From the NCBI GenBank assembly GCA_001564145.1, contig LKMQ01000001.1, forward strand, positions 1 to 51,737: a DNA stretch of 51,737 nt, in the 5' to 3' direction. The position numbers and the translations under genes were made by a program. Shown one piece after another: positions 42,781-50,807 of the stretch (the first letter of the stretch is position 1; every line of letters begins with the position of its first letter). Under the pieces are notes generated by a model. The model was not told the origin of the DNA, ran no database searches, and saw nothing but the letters and a program-made list of their open reading frames with translations. This DNA comes from Nanohaloarchaea archaeon B1-Br10_U2g29 (GTDB lineage Archaea; Nanohalarchaeota; Nanosalinia; Nanosalinales; Nanosalinaceae).

Positions 42781-44460
42781 TTATTTCATTGTGTTCATTC
42801 CGAATCCGATTTTGTAGTCGAAGTAGAATTCGAATCTGAACTCTGTGATCATATCTTGTATTGCCGTATTTTGTTCGCTGCCATCTAAATAAAATTGGTC
42901 GGTTTGGCCTGTGAACTTTGCTAGTTCTTTATTTACTCCTTTAAGCATTTTTGAATCTTTATCGCTGCTTTCTCCTAAATCGATATCTAATACTTCTTTT
43001 AAGGCCTCAAGGTGTTCTTCTGAGAAGTCTTCCGATATACTTTCTACTGTGTCAAGTCCGTCTTCTACTCTCCTTAGCTTGGAAGAAAATTCTATTGCCA
43101 CTCGCTCATCTAGCTCTTCTTCAATCATTTCCCTAAGTTCTCTGATAGATATCTCCTGTTCCTTTCTAGCTTCCTTAATTTTCTGATTATCTTCATGGAC
43201 ATTGAAATCGCCGACGTATTCGCTGTGCATCTCCTCTACTAGCTCCTCTGCTTCTTCAATCTTAGGTTCAAAGAAGTTTTCAAAGACGTGTTTGCATACT
43301 ACCGCAGGCCTCCAAAATACCACTCCTGTTGAGCTTCCGCCCGGCTGATTCGGTTGCTCGCCCTTCGCTGTAACTACGTGAACGCCAAATATGTGCATAA
43401 TTCTGTAATGAGTAATCTTGTCGTCGTCACTTTCTGGAACTAGTCTTCCGTTTTCTTTCTTGAATCCTTTGTGGCAAATAAATTCAAGTTGTCTTTCCAT
43501 TGAGGAGTAGCCTTTCCATTCGTAGTATTTGGTTAAATCACCTTGTTGGTCGCCCATCTCATTTATCATCACTACATCTCTAACATAAGGCTCTAACCAG
43601 TCTTTTGTTTTCTCAATACTTTGTTCGATGTTCCTTAGCTGTGCTTTTAACTCTTTAAGCCGGCGGTTTACCTCACTACCATACATATCCTTCCATTTCT
43701 CATACATCGTGTATTTCTTACGAAGAATAGCCTTCTCATTTCTCGGTAGATCTGCTAAAGCACCGTCATTAAAGTCATCAGCAGTCTTATCGTCTTTCCC
43801 TTCAGCCATCTGCTTTGCGGTCTTCAGGTCATTAACTGAGTCCATCTCCATGAAATCTGCGACAATCGTCGGATAGATATTCTGGTCTCTGAGGAATCTC
43901 AAGGCCTGTTCATCTGCTCCTTGGCCTCCAGCTCCAGCTCCGTCTACAAGCTGGACAAAATCTCCTTTAAGCATATCTTCATCATGTGAGTTGAAGGATT
44001 CTGCCCGGCTTCTTAACTTTCTGATATCATGCTCAAGTAAGTGCTTGGTTTCGAGAATATCTGAGAAATTGCTTAAAGTCTGGTTTACACGTTGCTCAGC
44101 CTGTTGTTTTCTCTGCATGAACTCATCATGCAACTGGCTTTGTGGGGAAACAAATATTGATTCTGTAACGCGACTAACATTGTAACCTAAATCGTCATCA
44201 TATTTGTCAGGTGCTGTTAAAACAACTCCATATCCTGTTCCTTGTCCTCCAGACTTACCTTTCAGCTTTCTGATAGGTTGCCCCATTATCTTCATTATGG
44301 ATCCTCCTTCTTCACGGAGCTCGTCCAGATTGGAAATCTTTCCCTTCTTGATATCATTCACTAAGTCTGCTGCTTCTCCTGAAACACCGCCACCATGACT
44401 GTCAAAATGGACGAACGTATGGCCAAACTTGCAGGTTTCAGAATCTCCGCCCGAGGACAT
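42781..44460 (-). CDS. large (559 aa) uncharacterised cytoplasmic protein, operon partner of the 869-aa protein
   Basis: Stops 9 nt before the next gene's start. Gly-rich loops SHGGGVSGE, GKSGGQGTGYG, GAGAGGQGAD. Central coiled coil (RRLKELKAQLRNIEQSIEKTKDW). No family recognised. Confidence 0.6.
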   Translation of the reverse strand: MSSGGDSETCKFGHTFVHFDSHGGGVSGEAADLVNDIKKGKISNLDELREEGGSIMKIMGQPIRKLKGKSGGQGTGYGVVLTAPDKYDDDLGYNVSRVTESIFVSPQSQLHDEFMQRKQQAEQRVNQTLSNFSDILETKHLLEHDIRKLRSRAESFNSHDEDMLKGDFVQLVDGAGAGGQGADEQALRFLRDQNIYPTIVADFMEMDSVNDLKTAKQMAEGKDDKTADDFNDGALADLPRNEKAILRKKYTMYEKWKDMYGSEVNRRLKELKAQLRNIEQSIEKTKDWLEPYVRDVVMINEMGDQQGDLTKYYEWKGYSSMERQLEFICHKGFKKENGRLVPESDDDKITHYRIMHIFGVHVVTAKGEQPNQPGGSSTGVVFWRPAVVCKHVFENFFEPKIEEAEELVEEMHSEYVGDFNVHEDNQKIKEARKEQEISIRELREMIEEELDERVAIEFSSKLRRVEDGLDTVESISEDFSEEHLEALKEVLDIDLGESSDKDSKMLKGVNKELAKFTGQTDQFYLDGSEQNTAIQDMITEFRFEFYFDYKIGFGMNTMK

Positions 44461-44485
44461 ATAGCTTATTTGAAATAGATTCTAC

Positions 44486-44494
44486 TTAAAAATA
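44486..44494 (-). promoter_or_regulatory. TATA-like element (minus-strand TATTTTTAA) for the 559/869-aa operon
   Basis: Centre about 30 nt upstream of the ATG at 44460. Confidence 0.3.
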
Positions 44495-44537
44495 GCTCCA
44501 GGGTATTAAATCTTAGCAAAACCCAATAATATTAGAG

Positions 44538-45005
44538 ATGGATTTCCTACTGAAAAGAAGATTAAACCCTTTCCTCCTACTAACCACAGTCGTAGGCCTA
44601 TCACTATTAGTAGGGTTATCTATAGTATATCAAACCCAGTTTGAGGAAATAGCAGGAGAAAGATCCGACAAAGAAACAGAAATACAAGAGCTAAACAACA
44701 AAATAGATAGTTTAAACCAAAACAATACAATTTTGACAGAAAGAAACGAAGAGCTGGAGAATAGAACTATTGAATTGGAAGATGAGATAGAGAGTATAGA
44801 GTCGGAAGAGTCAGGCCTGGAGGAACAGGTTGGAAACTTGCAGAATCAGACAGATCAGTTGAGAGAGGAGAGAAATGAGTATAGAGATGATTTTGAAAGT
44901 ATACAGCTAGATATAAGGCAGTTGTGCGAACAAGAAGACTTGCAGGAAGACAGTTCTGAAACTATATGCGACATCTGGGCTGAGGGTTGGGACGATGAGA
45001 ATTGA
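44538..45005 (+). CDS. membrane-anchored coiled-coil protein
   Basis: N-terminal TM (FLLLTTVVGLSLLVGLSIVY), then ~100 aa of heptad repeats. First gene of the MoxR cluster. Confidence 0.6.
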   Translation: MDFLLKRRLNPFLLLTTVVGLSLLVGLSIVYQTQFEEIAGERSDKETEIQELNNKIDSLNQNNTILTERNEELENRTIELEDEIESIESEESGLEEQVGNLQNQTDQLREERNEYRDDFESIQLDIRQLCEQEDLQEDSSETICDIWAEGWDDEN

Positions 45006-45729
45006 AGGCCTGCTTAAACGTTTGAAGAGGGAGTACTGGAAAGTTAAAGTATTGCAGAGTAGTTTGGATACGTTAATTTTAGTGCTTGTACTGAATTTTT
45101 TTGCTTTCTTAGCAAGCTATAGCTATGATTTCAGAATCCTTGGAGGAGTCGCCGGGATATTCTTCATAGCTAATCTATTTTATAGAACAAGAGATTACTC
45201 TGTTGAAATATATGAACAGGAAAACTCCGAGCTCCAGGAACTGTTAAGAACTGCTAGAGACAACCTTGATAAACGCGATGAAGTATCCGAGGCCTTATTC
45301 GGTGATGTAATGGACCGTGCAAGAACTGTTACTTCTGAAAGCATTATACCCAGTGAGATACTCGTTCAGAAACTTTTCTTGATTGGTGGTTTGGCGATAC
45401 TGACTGCTATCTCAGGCCTAGTAGTCCCTGCTATTGATGTTGATACTTCAGGAGTCTACAGTAGTTTTGATAATCTAGTCGATTTTGAAGACGATAGTTC
45501 TGATGATTTCAGGGGAAACGTCTCAGATGTAATAGGAGAGGAGTCGGATCTTGATGATACGGGTTCAAATGTTGATATAGACATTGTAGGTGAGGGAGAA
45601 AGCTTTGAGGAAAATATATTGAGAGGTTTTGAAGGAGATACAGAGCTACGTTATGAATCCTCACCTGAAACAACCGGCGATGAAGAGTTGATGAGAGAGT
45701 ACAGTCTCAGGATTAGAGACCTCGAATAA
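44995..45729 (+). CDS. hypothetical 3-TM membrane protein with acidic C-terminal tail
   Basis: Its start overlaps the upstream gene by 11 nt. Hydrophobic helices at aa ~25-60 and ~125-145. D/E-rich tail. Confidence 0.6.
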   Translation: MRIEGLLKRLKREYWKVKVLQSSLDTLILVLVLNFFAFLASYSYDFRILGGVAGIFFIANLFYRTRDYSVEIYEQENSELQELLRTARDNLDKRDEVSEALFGDVMDRARTVTSESIIPSEILVQKLFLIGGLAILTAISGLVVPAIDVDTSGVYSSFDNLVDFEDDSSDDFRGNVSDVIGEESDLDDTGSNVDIDIVGEGESFEENILRGFEGDTELRYESSPETTGDEELMREYSLRIRDLE

Positions 45730-45736
45730 ATTATTA
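45727..45736 (+). promoter_or_regulatory. possible internal TATA-like element upstream of moxR
   Basis: ATAAATTATT, centre about 29 nt upstream of the ATG at 45760. Overlaps the stop of the preceding gene. Confidence 0.25.
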
Positions 45737-45759
45737 ATGAACAGTATCTAATAGTAGTT

Positions 45760-46722
45760 ATGAAGTTGACCGGTAAAGGATCAGTAAAGTATGAGAAAGT
45801 AAATGAAAAACTGGCAGAAATCAAAAACGAAGTATCTAAAGTCATAGTTGGACAGGAAGACGTCATTGACCAGGTACTAACCTGTATGTTATGTGATGGA
45901 AACATATTACTGGAATCTAACCCTGGAATGGGTAAGACAAAGATGGCTTCAACAATCTCACAGAGCATAGGACTAGAATTTTCACGTATCCAGTCAACCC
46001 CTGATTTAATGCCTTCAGATATTACCGGAACACATATTATCGACGAATCTTCAGGTAAAGCAGAGTTCGAGTTCCAGGAAGGCCCAATCTTTGCGAACAT
46101 GGTTTTAGCAGATGAAATCAACAGAGCCACGCCTAAAACCCAGTCAGCTTTGTTGGAAGCGATGCAAGAGAAACAGGTGACAGTGGGTAACAGATCATAT
46201 GAGCTTGAAAGGCCTTTCTTCTTGATTGCAACTCAGAACCCGATTGAGCAAGAAGGTACCTATCCTTTACCTGAGGCGCAGAGAGACCGCTTCATGATGA
46301 AAATTAAACTTGACTTCCCTGAACATGAGGAAGAACAAAAGATTGTGAAAAGATTCACAGAAGAACTGGACTTTGAGCCTGAATTAAACAAAGTTATCTC
46401 AAAGGCCTCGCTTGTCAAGTTACAGGAGTTTACACGGCAGGTTCCAATAGCAGATGACATACTGAATGATGTTGTCAATATTGTGCGGGCTACAAGGAAA
46501 AAACAGGAACTTGATTATGGTGCTTCACCACGTGCCTCGATTAACTTGGTTTTAGCAGCTAAAGGCCATGCGTTAATTAATAACCGGAACCACGTTTCTC
46601 AGAAGGACGTAAATTCTATGGCTAAGCCTGTTTTAAGGCATAGAATTGGTTTAAGCTTTGCAGCTGAGAAAAAAGGTTTGACAGAGGACGACATAGTAGA
46701 GGATATAGTGGATGATGTATGA
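45760..46722 (+). CDS. moxR: MoxR-family AAA+ ATPase
   Basis: Walker A ESNPGMGKTKM, Walker B VLADEINRATPKTQSALLEAMQEKQVTV (a MoxR hallmark). 320 aa. Confidence 0.9.
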   Translation: MKLTGKGSVKYEKVNEKLAEIKNEVSKVIVGQEDVIDQVLTCMLCDGNILLESNPGMGKTKMASTISQSIGLEFSRIQSTPDLMPSDITGTHIIDESSGKAEFEFQEGPIFANMVLADEINRATPKTQSALLEAMQEKQVTVGNRSYELERPFFLIATQNPIEQEGTYPLPEAQRDRFMMKIKLDFPEHEEEQKIVKRFTEELDFEPELNKVISKASLVKLQEFTRQVPIADDILNDVVNIVRATRKKQELDYGASPRASINLVLAAKGHALINNRNHVSQKDVNSMAKPVLRHRIGLSFAAEKKGLTEDDIVEDIVDDV

Positions 46723-47576
46723 TAGAAGCAGAATTCCTTAAAGAATTAGAGCAGTTCCAAGTAGCGTTAGAGAAGAACTCTTCAGAGATGAAACAAGGAG
46801 AGCAGCAGAGCAACTTTTCAGGTCAAGGAATGATATTCAAAGACCACAAAGAGTATGTCCCAGGAGATGATATTAGAAGAATTGACTGGAAAGCCTATGC
46901 CCGGACCAAAGAGTTCTTCATCAAACGTTACGACGAAGAGAGAAACGTAACATTACATATAGTTCTTGACAGAAGCAGTTCGATGGATTTTGGCGATATA
47001 AACAAGTATGAATACGGCGGTAAAATAGGCCTTGGATTAGCTTATATGACGATGAAGACTAATGATCGTTTCAAATACTCTGTTTTTTCCGAGACATTGA
47101 CAGATTTAACTTCCGCAAGAAAGAACGGAAATTTAGTGCAGCTGATTGATACATTAAACGGTATGAGGAAAACCCCTGAGAGCCGTGTAGAACACTGTAT
47201 AACAGAGTACAGTTCAAGGATTAAAAACAAGTCTGTGGTCGTTATTATTTCAGATTTCCTAACTGATTTAGAGCAGATTGAGTCAAGTCTTCAGGCCTTA
47301 AAAGGCAGCCAAGTAATTCTAGTTAACATTTTTGATGAAGAGGAGCTTGACCCATCTTTTTCTGGAGATACTATTTTGGAAGATCCTGAATCTGATTCTA
47401 CATTGAGGGCCTATCTTTCAAGAAGCACTAAATCAAGTTACAAATCCAAACTGAAGAAGCATACTGAAGAGATAGAGGAGTTATGTGACAAATATCAGGC
47501 CTCTTATTATATGATGTCAACTGGTGAAGATTTTTTCGATTCTTTTATAGATATCTGGGAACATGTTAACCAGTGA
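46719..47576 (+). CDS. DUF58-family (vWA-like) protein, MoxR partner
   Basis: GDDIRRIDWKAYARTKEFFIKRYDEERNVTLHIVLDRSSSMDFG is the DUF58 signature. ATGA overlap with moxR. Confidence 0.85.
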   Translation: MIEAEFLKELEQFQVALEKNSSEMKQGEQQSNFSGQGMIFKDHKEYVPGDDIRRIDWKAYARTKEFFIKRYDEERNVTLHIVLDRSSSMDFGDINKYEYGGKIGLGLAYMTMKTNDRFKYSVFSETLTDLTSARKNGNLVQLIDTLNGMRKTPESRVEHCITEYSSRIKNKSVVVIISDFLTDLEQIESSLQALKGSQVILVNIFDEEELDPSFSGDTILEDPESDSTLRAYLSRSTKSSYKSKLKKHTEEIEELCDKYQASYYMMSTGEDFFDSFIDIWEHVNQ

Positions 47577-48295
47577 CAGATTTCGAAATAGTGGGTAACT
47601 ATCCTGCAGTATACTTTCCAGGACTAGATCTTATAGCAGTTGCAGACCTGCATCTAGGCCTTGAAGCAAGTATGACTTCAAGAGGGAATTATATCCCAGA
47701 GTTCCAGTTAGAGCAGATTTTAGATGAACTAGAACAGATTAAGGAGGAGACAGGATGTAGCAGGATACTGGTAAACGGCGATTTGAAGAACCAGTACTCC
47801 ACTAGTTACAGTGAAAAAAAGGAGATTGATGAGTTACTTGGTTTTTTGACTGATAACTTTGAAGATGTAATAATTATTCAGGGTAACCATGATACTTTTA
47901 CTGAATCATTATTGGAAGAACATGGGTTAAGGCCTCTTGACAGTTATGAAACAAAAGGAGTTCTCTTTACACACGGCCATGAAACTCCTGACAAAGAGTG
48001 GAAAACTATTGTTATCGGTCACGAGCATCCGGCATTAGCTCTCGACGATCAAATAGGAGTGACTGAAAAGGTTGACTGCCTACTTCATTTCGAAGGGGAA
48101 AAAGAAGTATTTGTTCTACCAGCTTACTCACCAATCTCTAATGGATCAGAGATAAACCGGATGAATAGCTCAGAACTACTCTCTCCAATTCTTAAACAGT
48201 TTAATTTAGATGAATTCCAGGCCTATGCTATCTCTCGGGAAGCCGGAGTATTCGATTTTGGTACAATTCAAGCCCTCAACAAGGCGATGGAATAA
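47573..48295 (+). CDS. calcineurin-like metallophosphoesterase (SbcD/Mre11-related, archaeal TIGR00024-like)
   Basis: AVADLHLG, NGDLKN, IIQGNHD, THGHE and IGHEHP motifs in canonical order. The GTG start overlaps the DUF58 stop (GTGA). Confidence 0.8.
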   Translation: MTDFEIVGNYPAVYFPGLDLIAVADLHLGLEASMTSRGNYIPEFQLEQILDELEQIKEETGCSRILVNGDLKNQYSTSYSEKKEIDELLGFLTDNFEDVIIIQGNHDTFTESLLEEHGLRPLDSYETKGVLFTHGHETPDKEWKTIVIGHEHPALALDDQIGVTEKVDCLLHFEGEKEVFVLPAYSPISNGSEINRMNSSELLSPILKQFNLDEFQAYAISREAGVFDFGTIQALNKAME

Positions 48296-49443
48296 ACCAT
48301 TATTATACCTGATATGGCTGCAGCAAAACCAAAGCTGACTGAGAGGCTGAAGACTGATGCCACTGATCCTGCCATTATAGGGCCTATTAACTGGCCAAAA
48401 TGTTTGAAGTTTTCCAGAAAACCTACTAGTTCACTTTCTACTTCTTTTGGAGCTACTTGATCAAACATTGCATGAATAGCTGGAGACATTCCATTCGTGA
48501 ACGCCGAAGCAAAGAAGAATAACACACCTAATAAGACTATGCTCTGAACGTAGAACATTGCCAAGAGTATTGGCGTTAAAACCAGTGAAAGGCCTAACAG
48601 CGTCTTTATTCTACCAAATTTGTCTGCAATATCTCCGAAAATATACTGGAAAACTGAGGGTAATGCTGCCAAACCAAAAATCAGTCCCATCTCAACGAAT
48701 GAAGCACCTAATTCTTCCAGTGCTAACGGCACTGCGAGCCAGAAAAAACCGAATATTATCGAAAACAGGAACATTAGTGTATAAACAGGCCTCAAATCAG
48801 TCCAGTGTTCTTTCAAATGTTTGAAATCGTTACGGTAGGTTTTAGATTTGAAAAGCTGTTCAAAGCTTTGAATTCTGTCAGCTTTACTTGAGGTCCCAAT
48901 ATAGCTTACGAAGACTAAGACAGAGATTACTGAAGTCATGAACCATAGCATGAAAACCAAGTTAAATCCATGGACCATAATCAAATATCCTCCGATCACA
49001 GGGCCAATTACTGCTGCTAAGTTCACCCCTAATAGGAATATTGATACTGATTCGCTTTCTGATTCTTCATCAGAGCTTTTTAATGAAAGACTCCAACCAC
49101 TGTTCCAAATAAAGCTTTTTGTCACTCCTTCAGTAAGCTTTCCAGCGAACAGAAAAACTGGTGTTGCAACAATATACATTAAAGCAGGTAAAGCGCCTGC
49201 AATCAGGCCTGAAAAGAACACAAATTTTTCCCCTACTCTCTGGATATAATTACTTACCGGTATATCCATAAACAAGGTTACTAATGCCGGAAGAGACGTC
49301 AAAATACCTATAATAAATACGCTTTGAATATGTGTTTCAAAATAAACTGGTAGGAAGTTCCATACCATGTTTCTACCAAGAAATCCGAAGAGCATTACAA
49401 CAGACAGATACTTTGCTATCTTAGGTACTTCCTGTAAAGCCAT
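48268..49443 (-). CDS. MFS transporter
   Basis: 391 aa, about 12 TM, motif-A-like GDIADKFGRIKTL. Confidence 0.8.
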   Translation of the reverse strand: MALQEVPKIAKYLSVVMLFGFLGRNMVWNFLPVYFETHIQSVFIIGILTSLPALVTLFMDIPVSNYIQRVGEKFVFFSGLIAGALPALMYIVATPVFLFAGKLTEGVTKSFIWNSGWSLSLKSSDEESESESVSIFLLGVNLAAVIGPVIGGYLIMVHGFNLVFMLWFMTSVISVLVFVSYIGTSSKADRIQSFEQLFKSKTYRNDFKHLKEHWTDLRPVYTLMFLFSIIFGFFWLAVPLALEELGASFVEMGLIFGLAALPSVFQYIFGDIADKFGRIKTLLGLSLVLTPILLAMFYVQSIVLLGVLFFFASAFTNGMSPAIHAMFDQVAPKEVESELVGFLENFKHFGQLIGPIMAGSVASVFSLSVSFGFAAAISGIIMVYSIALLRA

Positions 49444-49450
49444 AAAATAA

Positions 49451-49720
49451 TCAATGAGTTACAAATGTTTCAGAATCAGTATCTTCCTGCTCTTCTTCTT
49501 TTTCTACTTCTTTTCTTTCCTTCTCTTTTCTTTTCTGTTTCTCAATATACTCTTCTTTAGCCTCTTCCTTTAACTCTTCAAAACGTTTCTTTGCAAGATC
49601 TTGGTCATCAGTCCCGGCCTCTTCCTTCTTCAGCTTCTCGTAACGGTCAGTCGAGTCATCTTCCTTATCCCTGTTCTTCTTACTTTTAGAGGCTTTTGCA
49701 GCTTCCAAAAAATCATTCAT
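49451..49720 (-). CDS. hypothetical K/E-rich low-complexity protein (89 aa)
   Basis: ATGA overlap with the upstream 72-aa ORF; stops 7 nt before the MFS start. Could be spurious, given the purine-rich bias. Confidence 0.4.
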   Translation of the reverse strand: MNDFLEAAKASKSKKNRDKEDDSTDRYEKLKKEEAGTDDQDLAKKRFEELKEEAKEEYIEKQKRKEKERKEVEKEEEQEDTDSETFVTH

Positions 49721-49935
49721 TTATCCCTACCTCCAATGAAAGGCAGAAGCTTGCCCCATCTAACTGATTTCTCTACTGCTTCAGCAGTGGACTCAACCGA
49801 TTCAACGGAGTGTTCAGCTTTCTCTACGAACTCATTGAAATTCTTCAACAAGAACATAAAGTAGCCAAGTAAAACTATCGCCATCGTCTTCAGTATTACA
49901 TCCAGAAACGCATTTAGAGTTCCAAGTTCTATCAT
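49717..49935 (-). CDS. hypothetical small membrane protein (72 aa)
   Basis: One TM helix (MAIVLLGYFMFLL). First gene of a minus-strand trio ending in the MFS gene. Confidence 0.45.
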   Translation of the reverse strand: MIELGTLNAFLDVILKTMAIVLLGYFMFLLKNFNEFVEKAEHSVESVESTAEAVEKSVRWGKLLPFIGGRDK

Positions 49936-50021
49936 AACTCCATTTTGTATAGGCCTGGGTTTATAACTTGCGGTTTCGGCAAGAGTTAAAAGCCTGTAAC
50001 CCGAATTTTCTATGTGATAAC

Positions 50022-50363
50022 ATGGTTGAAGTACCTGAAGACATTGAAATAGAAGACTTACCTTTCACCCACGCAAGAATCAAAAGAATGATTAGAGATG
50101 AGGCAAGCGACGGACAATACGTAAGAGGAAACGTATATTACGGATTAAACCTGTTACTGGGTCAGATAGCGGAAGAAATAATTTCAAGCATGATGGAAAC
50201 CGAAGCAGCATATGTCGAGAAACACCATCTTGACCATGCCGCCAGAAAGTATGAGAAAGTAGAAAACATCATTAAGGAGAAAGAAAGAGTAAGCAGAAAA
50301 TTAGAGGCCTTAAGCGCTGATATCGAGAAATTAAGCAGAGAAGTACAGCAGAGCGACCTCTAA
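50022..50363 (+). CDS. histone-fold-like protein with C-terminal coiled coil
   Basis: LPFTHARIKRMIRDEASDGQYVRGNVYYGLNLLLGQIAEEIISSMMETEAAYVEKHHLDHAARKY fits a1-L1-a2-L2-a3 of the histone fold (NF-Y/NC2/DUF1931-like). It is followed by KEKERVSRKLEALSADIEKLSREV. ATG at 50022 preferred over the track's TTG at 49968. Confidence 0.45.
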   Translation: MVEVPEDIEIEDLPFTHARIKRMIRDEASDGQYVRGNVYYGLNLLLGQIAEEIISSMMETEAAYVEKHHLDHAARKYEKVENIIKEKERVSRKLEALSADIEKLSREVQQSDL

Positions 50364-50451
50364 AAAACCGGTTTTAAAATAAACATATCTCTTCTTTTTA
50401 TTGTAGGCCTAGACAACAGTATTTAAGAGTTATAACCCCGTTATATTTTTT

Positions 50452-50793
50452 ATGGACTTTGAATCCGAAATAATTACTAGAGACTTCTTACCGGCAGCCC
50501 GGTCACTTCTGGCAGAAACACTCTCAGACGAATACGGGCTGTACCAAAAAGAAATCGGGGAAAAAATGGATATCACACAGCCTGCAGTAAGCCAGTACCT
50601 CAACAAGAAACGAGCAAGCAAAAAAACACTTAGAAAATTCAGAGATGACCACCAAATAATGCTTCTGATAGATGAAGCCGCATCAAAAGCAGCCAAAGAC
50701 GAAACTTACATCCACGAGTTCAGACAGATACTGGAAACAGTCAGATCCAAAGGCCTAATGGGGGAAAAGTTCAGAGACACAGAAAAACTGTAA
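50452..50793 (+). CDS. small HTH (XRE-like) transcriptional regulator
   Basis: YQKEIGEKMDITQPAVSQYLNKKR helix-turn-helix. 113 aa. Confidence 0.6.
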   Translation: MDFESEIITRDFLPAARSLLAETLSDEYGLYQKEIGEKMDITQPAVSQYLNKKRASKKTLRKFRDDHQIMLLIDEAASKAAKDETYIHEFRQILETVRSKGLMGEKFRDTEKL

Positions 50794-50807
50794 AAAAATA
50801 AAATATT

